DNA of 63,377 nucleotides, counting the filler, from Octopus bimaculoides (taxonomy: Eukaryota), in the NCBI RefSeq assembly GCF_001194135.2. It is 5 parts of 5 records of this genome, joined end to end, with 100 filler letters (N's around TTAATTAATTAA, not from the genome) between each part and the next. Parts side by side here need not be neighbours in the genome. Positions count along the whole stretch, not along the records: positions 1 to 23,011 come from NC_068985.1; 4 more parts are not named here. One strand, given 5' to 3'. The translations under genes were made by a program, and so were the position numbers. Shown here in pieces: positions 1-11,639 of the stretch. Position 1 is the stretch's first letter; each line of letters starts with the position of its first letter. A model generated the notes under the pieces. That model made no database searches and was not told where the DNA came from. It saw only the letters and a program-made list of their open reading frames with translations.

Positions 1-348
1 CGATAAGTTTTGCTAGGTGAAAATCAACTAAAAAAGAAAGCCTTACAACGAAAAAACCCTTATGATGTAAATATGTTCATAATTCAAAAGACGATGAAAT
101 TAATAGGGAAAGTCTGAAGGCTGTTTTGCATAACATTATTAAGTGTGTGTAAATTTCATCCGTCTAATTGGCTATACAAATGCTTGTGCAAAACAACTTT
201 TTGTGCTACCCTGATTATACATAGCAGGGTAATCCCTTTTCGCAGGAGCTAGGACGGCAATTTGTGATGATGCAATTGCTGGCGATCTGTTACACAGTTT
301 TGCCAGAATTCTATCAGATTTTTCAGATTAACACCCACACGATTATCC

Positions 349-488
349 AACCCTAATCCTAACACTAACCTTAACACTAACCCTAACCCTGACTCTAAAA
401 CTGTAACCGTAATACTAATCTTAACCCTAACCGTAACCGTAACCCTAAACCCTAACCTGACCCTAAAACCCTAACCCTAACACCCTAG
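349..488. repeat. Degenerate telomere-like (TAACCC)n interstitial array
   Basis: Run of taaccc/taaccg/taacac/taatcc variants, about 140 bp. Confidence 0.85.
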
Positions 489-1614
489 TGAAAATCGTGG
501 TATATTTACAAAACATTGATGAACATTAGTTATATTTTACTGAATGATTGTGTACTTGCACGTGTATGCGTTTGAGAGAGCGAGTGAGGAAGAGGTAGAG
601 AGAGGGAGAGAAAGGAATAAAGGTAGTTAAAAGTTTTCTTATGAAGGCTTCTCTTCACTGCCTATTACTTCATTAGAAATCTACGGATGCACATACGCAC
701 ATAATAGAGAAAAATGAAACAAATATGGACGACTTGCTCCGAAACACCACCGAGTGGGGAACACTTCTCAAAAATAACCTGCAGTTGTTTCCTTCAAAAT
801 TCCTACATGCTCGAAATGTACATACATCAAGGTATATTTGGAGAAAATTTAACGAAAAAATATTCATTTTCCTGGATTTTAAGTGGAATTTCCGAAAATT
901 GTCCCCCACCCCCCTCCCAAAACACTTTTACCAAAAATTTTTGTATATTCGGAATCTACATAATAAATAATATATGCATAGAAAATTTCATAACAAAAAT
1001 ATTCATTTTTCTAAAAGTTATGACCTTCCAAAGTCGGGAGGTACAACTCTGTAGTTATGCCACATTGATGAACATGAGTTATATTTTTGTGAATGATTGT
1101 GTTTACTTGCACGTGTATGCGTTTGAGAGAGTGAGAGAGGAAGAGGGGGAGAAAGGAATAGAGAACGTGAGCAATGTGTATGTTGTTTTCACAGATCACG
1201 TTTGTGTGATTGTGTCTGTTTTTACGTATGAATGTTATGAAAAATAGGTAAAGAATACTGAGAGGAAAGTTTAATCTATGACTTTGTATGTATCACTTTC
1301 TCTCTCTCACTCTCTCTCCCTCTTTTACTCTCATCTCTATATTATATTTTGAGCGCGTGTGTAAGAACTCTGTTCCAGGTAGAAGGGAAGAAATATATAA
1401 GTTGCTAGAAACAACAGCCAAATCTCCCTTAAATCACACAAAGTAAACGGAAATTAAAAAATCTAATTACTGCACTGGAAAGTTCACATCGAGAAAATTC
1501 CATTGATGTAAAAAAATTTTACGTAAAAGTGGAAAATATGGATTTCTATAGATGCAACACACACACTCACAAACTCAGCTATACTATAGTTATATATATA
1601 TATATGTACTTATG

Positions 1615-1820
1615 TCTGTGTTTTTCGCCCCCACCATCACTTAGAAACCGATGTTGGTGTGTTTACATCCCCATAACATAGTGGTTCAGCAGAAGAATTC
1701 GACAGAATAAGTACCAGGCTTACAAAAAGTAAGTCCGGAGGTTGATTTCTTCAAGTAAAAGGTGGTACTCCAGCATGGCTATTCTGAAATGATGGAAACA
1801 AGTAACAGAATAAAAGAGTA
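1615..1820 (+). mobile_element. SINE family C, 3' half, CpG-decayed
   Basis: aaccgatgttggtgtgtttacatcccc...gaataagtaccaggcttaca...gaaacaagtaa. The same block recurs at 4195, 8165 and, reversed, at 54890. Confidence 0.75.
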
Positions 1821-2062
1821 ATATATATCTGTAAAGATATGTGACACTTATTCAGTTATTCAGTAGCCATGATAAAACTCCGAGTTTCCGATACTGCCTA
1901 AAACTCAAAGTGTGATTATTTTATCTGGCCTTGAAATTACCCTCTGTGAGGCCCACGTATTTCTTCATGGAAACTGCGTTCTTAGTGGATACGGAATCTA
2001 CGGTGGCTTCATAAATGATTGTTTCGGACATGCAAGCTCCATTTAGCGGGCACAAGTTCTGG

Positions 2063-2323
2063 GATAAAAGAAAAACGACAAAATTATCCAGTCATATATG
2101 ATCTTTAAGAGATAAGGGTGACGGTTACAACATCCATTGGAAGATCTTAGCTAAGTGTAAACCCTACACCAGCGGCAGCGGAAGGTGCGGTCTGTGTGAT
2201 ATGGAAAGATGGCTTATCTGGAAAGGCAGCCTTGACCCTACCACATGTCTAAATTCAAAGACTGAACTCTTCGGATCATGTCCACATGTGACCAAATATT
2301 TGCTACATTTTTGGTCCCTCTGA
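2063..2323 (+). mobile_element. Penelope-like element (Naiad-like), C-terminal half of GIY-YIG endonuclease, pseudogenised
   Basis: Manual translation: DKRKTTKLSSHI*SLRDKGDGYNIHWKILAKCKPYTSGSGRCGLCDMERWLIWKGSLDPTTCLNSKTELFGSCPHVTKYLL. It has the T.LS.H.W, W.IL, CxxCxxE and LN...EL...CxH motifs of PLE endonucleases. Confidence 0.85.
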
Positions 2324-2408
2324 GGCTACAGATTGGACTTGCTTCCTATTACATATATTTTTTTTGTGTCTCTATAATTATTTCTTATATTTTATATACA
2401 TATTTTTT

Positions 2409-2409
<1 letters not shown>

Positions 2410-2441
<32 letters not shown>

Positions 2442-3472
2442 GTTTAACATCCGCTTTCCATGCTAGCATGGGTTGGACGATTTGACTGAGGACTGGTGAA
2501 ACCGGATGGCAACACCAGGGTCCAGTCTGATTTGGCAGAGTTTCTACAGCTGGATGCCCTTCCTAACGCCAACCACTCAGAGTGGGTGCTTTTACGTGTC
2601 ACCCGCACGAAAACGGCCAAGCTCGAAATGGTGTCTTTTATGTGCCACCCGCACAAGCCAGTCCNNNNNNNNNNNNNNNNNNNNNNNNNNNNNNNNNNNN
2701 NNNNNNNNNNNNNNNNNNNNNNNNNNNNNNNNNNNNNNNNNNNNNNNNNNNNNNNNNNNNNNNNNNNNNNNNNNNNNNNNNNNNNNNNNNNNNNNNNNNN
2801 NNNNNNNNNNNNNNNNNNNNNNNNNNNNNNNNNNNNNNNNNNNNNNNNNNNNNNNNNNNNNNNNNNNNNNNNNNNNNNNNNNNNNNNNNNNNNNNNNNNN
2901 NNNNNNNNNNNNNNNNNNNNNNNNNNNNNNNNNNNNNNNNNNNNNNNNNNNNNNNNNNNNNNNNNNNNNNNNNNNNNNNNNNNNNNNNNNNNNNNNNNNN
3001 NNNNNNNNNNNNNNNNNNNNNNNNNNNNNNNNNNNNNNNNNNNNNNNNNNNNNNNNNNNNNNNNNNNNNNNNNNNNNNNNNNNNNNNNNNNNNNNNNNNN
3101 NNNNNNNNGTTCCCTCAACTGTTAGGGTGTGGCACTTTTTCACGCAGCTATCCTCATCCATTCTCACCACATGTCCATACCAGCGCAATCGTCTCTCTTG
3201 CACGCCACAACTGATGCTTCTAATGTTCAGCTTTTCTCTCAAGATACTTACACTCTGACAGGTATTCACATTGACATTACACATCCAACGGAGCATACTG
3301 GCTTCATTCCGTGCGAGCTTACGTATGTCCTCAGCAGTTACAGCCCATGTTTCACTGCCATGTAGCATGGTTGTTTGTACGCATGCGTCATACAGTCTGC
3401 CTTTTACTCTGAGTGAGAGTCCCTTTGTCGCCAGCAGGGGTAAGAGCTCTCTAAACTTTGCCCAGGCTATAT
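2410..3472 (-). mobile_element. RTE-clade LINE, 5'-truncated, with internal N gap
   Basis: ORF 2592-3368 gives LHGSETW...RRLRWYGHVVRM (RTE RT C-terminus). (GAT)n 3' tail at 2410-2440. Candidate 10-bp TSD atatttttta at 2400-2409 and 3473-3482. Confidence 0.9.
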
Positions 3473-3912
3473 ATATTTTTTAATGTTTTGTGCTGATGGG
3501 CGGCACTGATAGGCTTCCATATTAAGTTTTTTCACCTCTTTCACTTTTTACCTGAATCTCATATTTTTATTTTTTATTTTTATATTTCGATATTATAATA
3601 TATTTTTAATTATGTTTAGGTTTTTACATAGGTATAGGGTTAATGGTTTTTTGTATTTTCCCACGTATAGGTTTTCTGTTTTTTTCTCCCCCTCCAAACC
3701 TTTTTTCCGTGCGCTTATAGACACGCACAAGGAACATTATATGTGAGAGGATACGTGCGCATGTAGATATAAATGTACGCACATTTGAGATATGTGCGTG
3801 CGTGTATGATATACGCAAATTTAGACAGGTTTTGACACCACACAGTAATTTCCCTTTTTTTATGTTTATGTTTGTTTATTTCCATAACAGTTATTTTTCA
3901 AATAGAATCTCC

Positions 3913-3990
3913 GGTGGCTGGATAACTGAAGAGATGTTGGAGCGGAACCCCGCCCGGGCATCGGAAACTTGGAGTTTTATCATGGCTACT
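3913..3990 (+). ncRNA. Type I hammerhead ribozyme-like motif, probably from a Penelope pLTR
   Basis: Stem I: GGUGGC/GCUACU plus GAUAA/UUAUC. Core CUGAAGA at 3926-3932. Stem II: GAUG/CAUC with an inner GCGG-AACC-CCGC hairpin. GAAA at 3964-3967. Short stem III: ACU-UGG-AGU. Cleavage triplet GUU. One extra G at 3963. Confidence 0.6.
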
Positions 3991-4194
3991 GAATAAGTGT
4001 CACATATCTTTACAGATACATTACTCTATTTGCATAATATCGAGGTCTCTTTCTTTCTTTTGTTGCCATTCCTGCCAAATATATATATATATATATATAT
4101 GGATATATATATGGCTGACCAAAGCCTTGTAAGTGGATTTCATACACGGAAACTGAAAGAAGACTGTCGTATATATGTGTATATTTGTGTGTGT

Positions 4195-4385
4195 GTGTTT
4201 GTACCCCCACCACTGCTTGCCACCAATGTTGTTGTGTTTATGTTCCCATTATTTAGCAATTTGGCAAAAGACACTGATAGAATAAGTACTAAGTTCCCAA
4301 AGAATAAATCCTGTGGTCGATTTGTTCGACTAACGGTGGTGCTCCAACCATGGCCACAGTCACATGACTGAAACAAGTAAAACAA
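4195..4385 (+). mobile_element. SINE family C, 3' half
   Basis: Homologous to 1615-1820; ends cagtcacatgactgaaacaagtaaaa. Confidence 0.75.
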
Positions 4386-4523
4386 TAAAAAAACTATGCC
4401 ATTTTAATCCTGAGGAAGGCCAGGTTTCTCTGCTAGTAGTGTAATATAAATGTTTTATCTTCATCCATCATCATTACTATTAGAAAATAATAATAATAAA
4501 AACATAGTCCCTCTGTTTCTCTT

Positions 4524-5550
4524 TCAAACATTTAATTTTGGACAGAATTTTTTGATGAAGTGTAGCTCCATTGCTTTTTGGAATTTTGGGTCATCTCTTG
4601 GACGTTTGTAAAAAGGACAAATTTGAACTTTCCTTCACTGCATTTTTCTAGATGCTTGCTCAGTGGAATCTTGTGCAATTCATCTTGTTGGATGTGTTAT
4701 CTGCATGTTAGCAGAGGGTATTGTTTGTTTTGCCAGTGTAATTTTCCTTGCAGTTGGGGCAAGTAATACAGTATGTGAGATTCTGTCATGCAGTTCATAC
4801 CTGCATTTACTTTGAACAAGAATCCACTCTTGAATATAATGTGAGAACCACTTCTAAGTATTTCAAGTTGTTGCATGTTCCATATCTGTGATCTTCACTT
4901 TCTTTTACGGAGAACTCTAATTCATTTTCTGATGTTAAGTTTGCTCTTGTGAGGTGTTATTTGAGATTGTTGGGTTGGTGTCTACTGTTTCATAAGGGTT
5001 TTTATTAATCAGATTTTCCATTTTGGGGCTTTGTAGAAGTATAGGTAGGTTTGATTTTATGGTGTGAAAGATGTTGGCTACCTCTGGATTGTGTGTATTA
5101 ATAAGTGGAATCGTGTGTTCATTAGTTTTCTCCTTAGATGTGTGATGCTGAGCTTCATCGCCTTCTTAATTCCCTCCTTTATTAATCCCAAGAGGTATTT
5201 CTGCTTTGTTAGGAAGTCTTTGAGCTTGTTGAGTCGGATTTAATGTATTTTGAGATCAATCACTATAATACAGATATGGCTTGCCATGCTATATGGGATA
5301 TTCCTTTTGATGAGTGAGGGATGGCAAGAGTAGAAATTCAAATATTGGTGCATGTCTGTTTTTCTGTAAAATATGTCTGTTGTGACTGTGGAGTTGTGTA
5401 TTTTTAAGTGGATATCCAGGAATGGTAATTCATTGCAACTGGATTCTGTCATGAATTTGATGAATGGGTAAAGTGTGTTGAGTATATTATTAAATATTTG
5501 TAGGTCCTCATTTGATTTGTCCCAAAAGATGAAGCAGTCATATAAGTGTA
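4524..5550 (-). mobile_element. Penelope-like element (Neptune/Poseidon-like), RT C-terminus plus GIY-YIG, decayed
   Basis: ORF 5240-5569 has ELPFLDI...TDIFYRKTD.HQYLNFYSCHP...NIPYSMA. Downstream are NLTYCITCPNCKENYTGKT (GIY-YIG) and MELHFIKKFCPKLNV*. Confidence 0.9.
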
Positions 5551-6712
5551 AAGGAATATACATTTTCATAGGACTTCGAAAACTTTTTATATTTTTCTGT
5601 GATGACCATACCTTCCCCCTTTTCTTATTTTTTCCATCCTACTTCCTAAAATTGACATCTTTGAAAATCACCAGCCCTTATGAGAAAATGTGTTTATTTA
5701 CAAATACATTGATAGGTATACAATGAAAAGGAGAAAGAATGCTTTGTAATGAAATTTCAATGAATTNNNNNNNNNNNNNNNNNNNNNNNNNNNNNNNNNN
5801 NNNNNNNNNNNNNNNNNNNNNNNNNNNNNNNNNNNNNNNNNNNNNNNNNNNNNNNNNNNNNNNNNNNNNNNNNNNNNNNNNNNNNNNNNNNNNNNNNNNN
5901 NNNNNNNNNNNNNNNNNNNNNNNNNNNNNNNNNNNNNNNNNNNNNNNNNNNNNNNNNNNNNNNNNNNNNNNNNNNNNNNNNNNNNNNNNNNNNNNNNNNN
6001 NNNNNNNNNNNNNNNNNNNNNNNNNNNNNNNNNNNNNNNNNNNNNNNNNNNNNNNNNNNNNNNNNNNNNNNNNNNNNNNNNNNNNNNNNNNNNNNNNNNN
6101 NNNNNNNNNNNNNNNNNNNNNNNNNNNNNNNNNNNNNNNNNNNNNNNNNNNNNNNNNNNNNNNNNNNNNNNNNNNNNNNNNNNNNNNNNNNNNNNNNNNN
6201 NNNNNNNNNNNNNNNNNNNNNNNNNNNNNNNNNNNNNNNNNNNNNNNNNNNNNNNNNNNNNNNNNNNNNNNNNNNNNNNNNTATATATATATATATATTT
6301 ATAAAAAAGAAGTTTGAAAATGCCAATATATAAAAAAAATGAATTTTAATTTAACATGTTTCGGTTCTTGTAAAAACGAACCTTATCAAAAATACATTTT
6401 AATAAAATGAAATTAAATGAAGAGTTCATAATTGTTCCTTACTGGTGTCAATAGCCCACGTGGGGGCATTTTTTGTTGGTTGTAGTAGTGTCCCTGTTGG
6501 TAATGGTAAATGGCAGTGACCTCTGTCCGTGTCAGTAGCAGTAGTTAATTGGTTGTAGTGGTAGGGGTGGAAGTAGCACAAGCAGCAGCAGTAGTAGTGA
6601 CCGTTATAACAGTAGCAGTAGTAGCAGCAGCGAAGTTTTGTCAGTGAACAGGTCGTGGTTTGAAAGTGAAGAAAATATTTTGATACAAATGAAATTTTAA
6701 TGAAGTGAAACT

Positions 6713-6927
6713 GGTACTACTTAAATACAGAGGTCCCTTAACGGTACTACTTAAATACAGGTGTTGTGTACAAGACATTTTAAATGTATGCTGTGTGGAC
6801 GTGTAATGACACCTTAACCTTAACCCTAACTAATCCTAAAACTAGCCCTAACCTTGACCCTAAAACCCAGCCCTCTCCTTCATATCATTACAGAGATGCA
6901 TCGGGACCTCTGTATTTAAGTAGTGCT
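6713..6927. mobile_element. 215-bp MITE (Merlin-type ends) with telomere-like internal repeats
   Basis: 25-bp TIRs with a perfect 22-bp core, actacttaaatacagaggtccc (6716-6737 and 6903-6924). 8-bp direct repeat gtgaaact on both flanks (6705-6712, 6928-6935). Confidence 0.8.
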
Positions 6928-8164
6928 GTGAAACTAATGCTTTCTGTGTGTTCTTGAATGGCTTACAAACATCTACACTGCAATTGTTTTTGTTTCAGCA
7001 CATGATCTCAGATCAAGTCACTTGCTATGCAAGTACATCTCCATAATTTCTTAAAATAACAGTGGATAAATGCCAGCAATGACCTTCTCAGGTTCTCCAA
7101 TATTTTAATTTCTAAACAGAAACAATCAGGGGCAGGGAGTGGGGTTGCAAAAAATTCATACATGTGAGAGTGATAAAGAAATGAGGAGGGTTGTCTTTGG
7201 ATATGCTAGAAACAACAACCAAGTTGCCCTTAAATGACTCACTTTTCCCATTAAANNNNNNNNNNNNNNNNNNNNNNNNNNNNNNNNNNNNNNNNNNNNN
7301 NNNNNNNNNNNNNNNNNNNNNNNNNNNNNNNNNNNNNNNNNNNNNNNNNNNNNNNNNNNNNNNNNNNNNNNNNNNNNNNNNNNNNNNNNNNNNNNNNNNN
7401 NNNNNNNNNNNNNNNNNNNNNNNNNNNNNNNNNNNNNNNNNNNNNNNNNNNNNNNNNNNNNNNNNNNNNNNNNNNNNNNNNNNNNNNNNNNNNNNNNNNN
7501 NNNNNNNNNNNNNNNNNNNNNNNNNNNNNNNNNNNNNNNNNNNNNNNNNNNNNNNNNNNNNNNNNNNNNNNNNNNNNNNNNNNNNNNNNNNNNNNNNNNN
7601 NNNNNNNNNNNNNNNNNNNNNNNNNNNNNNNNNNNNNNNNNNNNNNNNNNNNNNNNNNNNNNNNNNNNNNNNNNNNNNNNNNNNNNNNNNNNNNNNNNNN
7701 NNNNNNNNNNNNNNNNNNNNNNNNNNNNNNNNNNNNNNNNNNNNNNNNNNNNNNNNNNNNNNNNNNNNNNNNNNNNNNNNNNNNNNNNNNNNNNNNNNNN
7801 NNNNNNNNNNNNNNNNNNNNNNNNNNNNNNNNNNNNNNNNNNNNNNNNNNNNNNNNNNNNNNNNNNNNNNNNNNNNNNNNNNNNNNNNNNNNNNNNNNNN
7901 NNNNNNNNNNNNNNNNNNNNNNNNNNNNNNNNNNNNNNNNNNNNNNNNNNNNNNNNNNNNNNNNNNNNNNNNNNNNNNNNNNNNNNNNNNNNNNNNNNNN
8001 NNNNNNNNNNNNNNNNNNNNNNNNNNNNNNNNNNNNNNNNNNNNNNNNNNNNNNNNNNNNNNNNNNNNNNNNNNNNNNNNNNNNNNNNNNNNNNNNNNNN
8101 NNNNNNNNNNNNNNNNNNNNNNNNNNNNNNNNNNNNNNNNNNNNNTATATATATATATATATAT

Positions 8165-8255
8165 ATGTTTATGTGTCTGTGTTTGTTCCTCCAACCGTCG
8201 CTTGACAACCGATGTTGGTGTGTTTACGTCCCCGTAACATAGCGGTTCAGCAAAA
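8165..8255 (+). mobile_element. SINE family C fragment following (TA)n at a gap edge
   Basis: cttgacaaccgatgttggtgtgtttacgtccccgtaacatagcggttcagcaaaa. Confidence 0.7.
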
Positions 8256-8700
8256 TGTTTAATGTTTTCATTATGTTTTAAATATGATAAATTTCTTTGT
8301 ATGTCCTTCCCTGAAGATTTTCTCACTTGTAGTAATTAACCAAATTGATTGAGTTCAATTAAATTAAATTTGGTTGATTTTATACTGCAAGTGATGAATT
8401 GAAACAGTTGTAGGTCTGGTCATGTTGATGCATTAATAAACTTTATTAATCTTATCTCCATCTTTCTTACTTTATACACACACACACACACACACGTACT
8501 TATGTGTGTGTATTCACATGACAGATTCTTCAGTTTTCATCTACCAGATTTTACTAGCTTGGTATTGGTCAACCCAAGGTTATGAAAAAAAGACCTTTGA
8601 CTAAGCTGTCGTACAGTGGGATTGAACCTGAGACCATATGGTTATGGGATGAACTTGTTGATCATATTTCTTTCCTGTGCTCTATAAGAAAAGATCCTAA

Positions 8701-10134
8701 CCGCCAGTTTATTCACTGTTGGGTGCTACTTTAGCATGTGATCTACTAATTAAATGGTATTTACTTTAGGTTACTTTTTAGTTTACTTTGTGTTAGTACT
8801 ACTTTGGTATGTGATCTGTGTGAGCAAATTTACTTTGGTGTGTGATCTATGTGCTTATTTCAATTATCATAGTGTGTATTCTTGGTTTCTTATTATCTAA
8901 AGATTTTTACAATGTGATCAGCAACAAGACAAAAGCAGTTGAATTTTTCTGAAGAAATGACCTTTTAGATAATGAAAATGTTGCACCATGTCATCATTGT
9001 GGTGGAAAAATGAAAGAAGCTCGAAAAAAAGGGGAAAATAGTGAAATTTTGCCAACTTTCTGTTGCAAAACTTGTGGCTGCCAAACTTATTGGTCTATCT
9101 GCACCAGAAATGTCTTTTGATATTATACTGATTTAAATAACAAAATCCATTGTAATCTTTCTCTTTCAAATTTTAAAATTAATTTTTTATTTTATTCAAA
9201 ATGTCTCTAATGATAAGGTGCATCAGTTAACTGGTAGAGGTACCAAATCAATATGTGATTAGTTCAACATGTGTTGTGAAATTTGTTCACAAATTGTTTC
9301 CATTAACAATCGTGGAAAAATGGTAGGAACTGAAGATGAGCTTGTGCAAATTGATGAAGCTCAGTTTGCCGGACGCCGAAAATACAACAGACAGAATTCT
9401 GTAAGGAGACCATGTTCCTGATTCAACTAATAGCGAAGCTGAAATAGAAAACAACAGAAACCATGGAAGATGCTTTGATGGACCTTGGATCTTTGGATTG
9501 AAGAAAGGTGCAGATTTCTGTTATTTTTATAGAGAAAAAAGAAATCATAAAACACTTGAACCCATAATTCAAAAAGAAGTTGCAGAAACTTCAGTTATTC
9601 ATTCCATAGAATGGCCAGCATACTCCTATCTGAATCGTCTAAATTTCCGCCATTCTACTGTTAACCACCAAAGACATGTTGATCCAAACACTGGAACCAA
9701 TACTCAAACAATTTAAAGAACCTGGTTAGATTTGAAAATTCGTATTTTGCCAAAAAATGAGTGGAGTGAACCAAAGAACCTTCCAATCTTACCTTGATTA
9801 TTTCTGTTGGCTACAGATGAGGAAGAGTGTGGAAGACTTTTTTCTTGCATTTCTAGAAGATGTTTGCTCAATCCATTGATAAAATTATTTTGATAATAAT
9901 AAAACCATGTTTCATTTATGTTTTAGTAAGTAATAATAAGAAATCAAGAATAAACAATATAATAATTAAAAACAAGCATGTAGGTTACACACCAAAGCAA
10001 ATTTGCTCACAGATCACACGCCAAAGTAGCACTAACACAAAGTAAACTAAAAAGTAACCTCAAGTAATCGCCCTTTAATTTGTAGATAACATGACAAAGT
10101 AGCACCCACTGTCAGTGGATGTAACTAGAATGCC
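8701..10134 (+). mobile_element. Merlin (IS1016/IS1595-like) DNA transposon, decayed
   Basis: Long TIRs (about 8714-8848 versus 9981-10134). Transposase remnants: N-terminal CHHC...CKTC, LVQIDEAQFAGRRKYNR, WIFG, TLEPIIQKEV, TVNHQ..VDPNTGTNTQTI*RTW. The second catalytic D and the E are mutated. Confidence 0.9.
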
Positions 10135-11564
10135 TATTTTGATTGCAGATGTGGTTAAAAATTTGTTTCAGTATCCTGAGTTTCCTGGTTCTATCCCACT
10201 GCATGTCATCTTGGGCAGGTGTCTATTACTATAACCTTGGGCTAGTGCAAGTAATGGGAATAAAACTGTGTGGAAACCCATCAGATGTATTGAACCTGTA
10301 AATCAATGGTTCAGCCTTGTTGTACACAATGGTATGTTGAAGGTACATGTATCTGTGGAATATCCAGTCGTTTATTTTAATTGATCAAATGTGTAGGTCA
10401 ATGGATTAAACAAGTAGATGATGATTGTTGGAATCAATGGAGGGGCCATCAAAATTTTTCTCTTAGTATTTATATCATCAGCATAAGGAGAAGGTCAGTT
10501 ACTGTAAAACTTCAACCTCCTTTGATGAGCTGTAGCTTTCTAATGGTCTGTGTTTTGAGAAACATACCTCTTTGCTTGGGACACAGTATAACAGTAATAT
10601 AAGTAGCTAACATTTCAGACTGTTGTTTCTAACATACTTACATACTCGCCAACTGTGATTCATATTTTTTTCTACTACACCTCTGTATTCCTGAGGTGTG
10701 GGTTGCATTATTTTGGGGATGTAAAATTGTGTGTGTTCTTTCTGGTGTTATTTTAATGTTTTGTCTGTTTACTTTGTTTAGAGCAATGTCAATAGTGTTA
10801 TTTAGTTAAGTGTAATTGGTATGTTATAATATTGAGAGATATTGATGTAGTGTATATCTTAGTATTTGTGGTGTTTATATACAGTTCATACAGTATGGAT
10901 TTTATTAGATGGCAGTTGTATGGAATATGTGTTGATGTTTTAGCGTATTAATGTAAAAGTATATGTTGTGTTATTATATTGGATGGTGATTGTGTAAAAT
11001 GAAGGCATATGGCCTAGTTATTAGGGTGTTGGTTCATGATTAGAGATGCATTGTGTTCTTCATCAATGTACTTCACATTGCTCTTGTTTACTCAGCTGAA
11101 AATGAATATCAGACAAGTGCTGGTGCAGCCCTCTTTCTCCCTTCAGCTGTCACACTCTCTATATGCCACTTGGTCAAAGAACGAGAGACAGGGGTGTCTG
11201 TATCTGCTCACAACTACATAGATACCTAAAACAATTAGTGAAAATACGATACGTTACCAAGTCATACTTATTCATGGGTGATGGCTAGCTTATTCAAGAT
11301 GGTATAGGGTATGTGCTGTTTGATTGGCATTATGTGTTTGGCAATGATTGTATGGAGTATGTGTCAAGTGATGACTATTGAGTGTATATACTGTGGGATG
11401 ATGGTGATTATGTTGTGTGTGAGTTGTGTAAATCTTCATTAACCAAATTTACAAACACAAGAAAATGTCTGTTGGGTTATATTTTATTCATGAATCCATC
11501 ATGGGTTTCCATGTGAAGAATCTATAATTAAGTTATTTACTGTATTCTTTATTTCCTTTGCCAG

Positions 11565-11639
11565 GGTCTTGGAGTTCCTTTCAATGTTGCCAGCTACTCA
11601 CTACTGGTTTATATGATTGCTCACATTACAGGTTTGAAG
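11565..11639 (+). CDS. TYMS: Thymidylate synthase, internal exon (GLGVPFNVASYSLLVYMIAHITGLK)
   Basis: Contains the TS signature GLGVPFNxASY. Polypyrimidine tract plus cag acceptor, gtgaga donor, 75 nt, phase 0/0. Confidence 0.97.

Noticed and set aside
2099-2101. In-frame TGA in the Naiad-like endonuclease as selenocysteine
   Set aside because: It falls at the conserved Trp of H(I/A)W, not at a Cys; a simple TGG-to-TGA mutation explains it.
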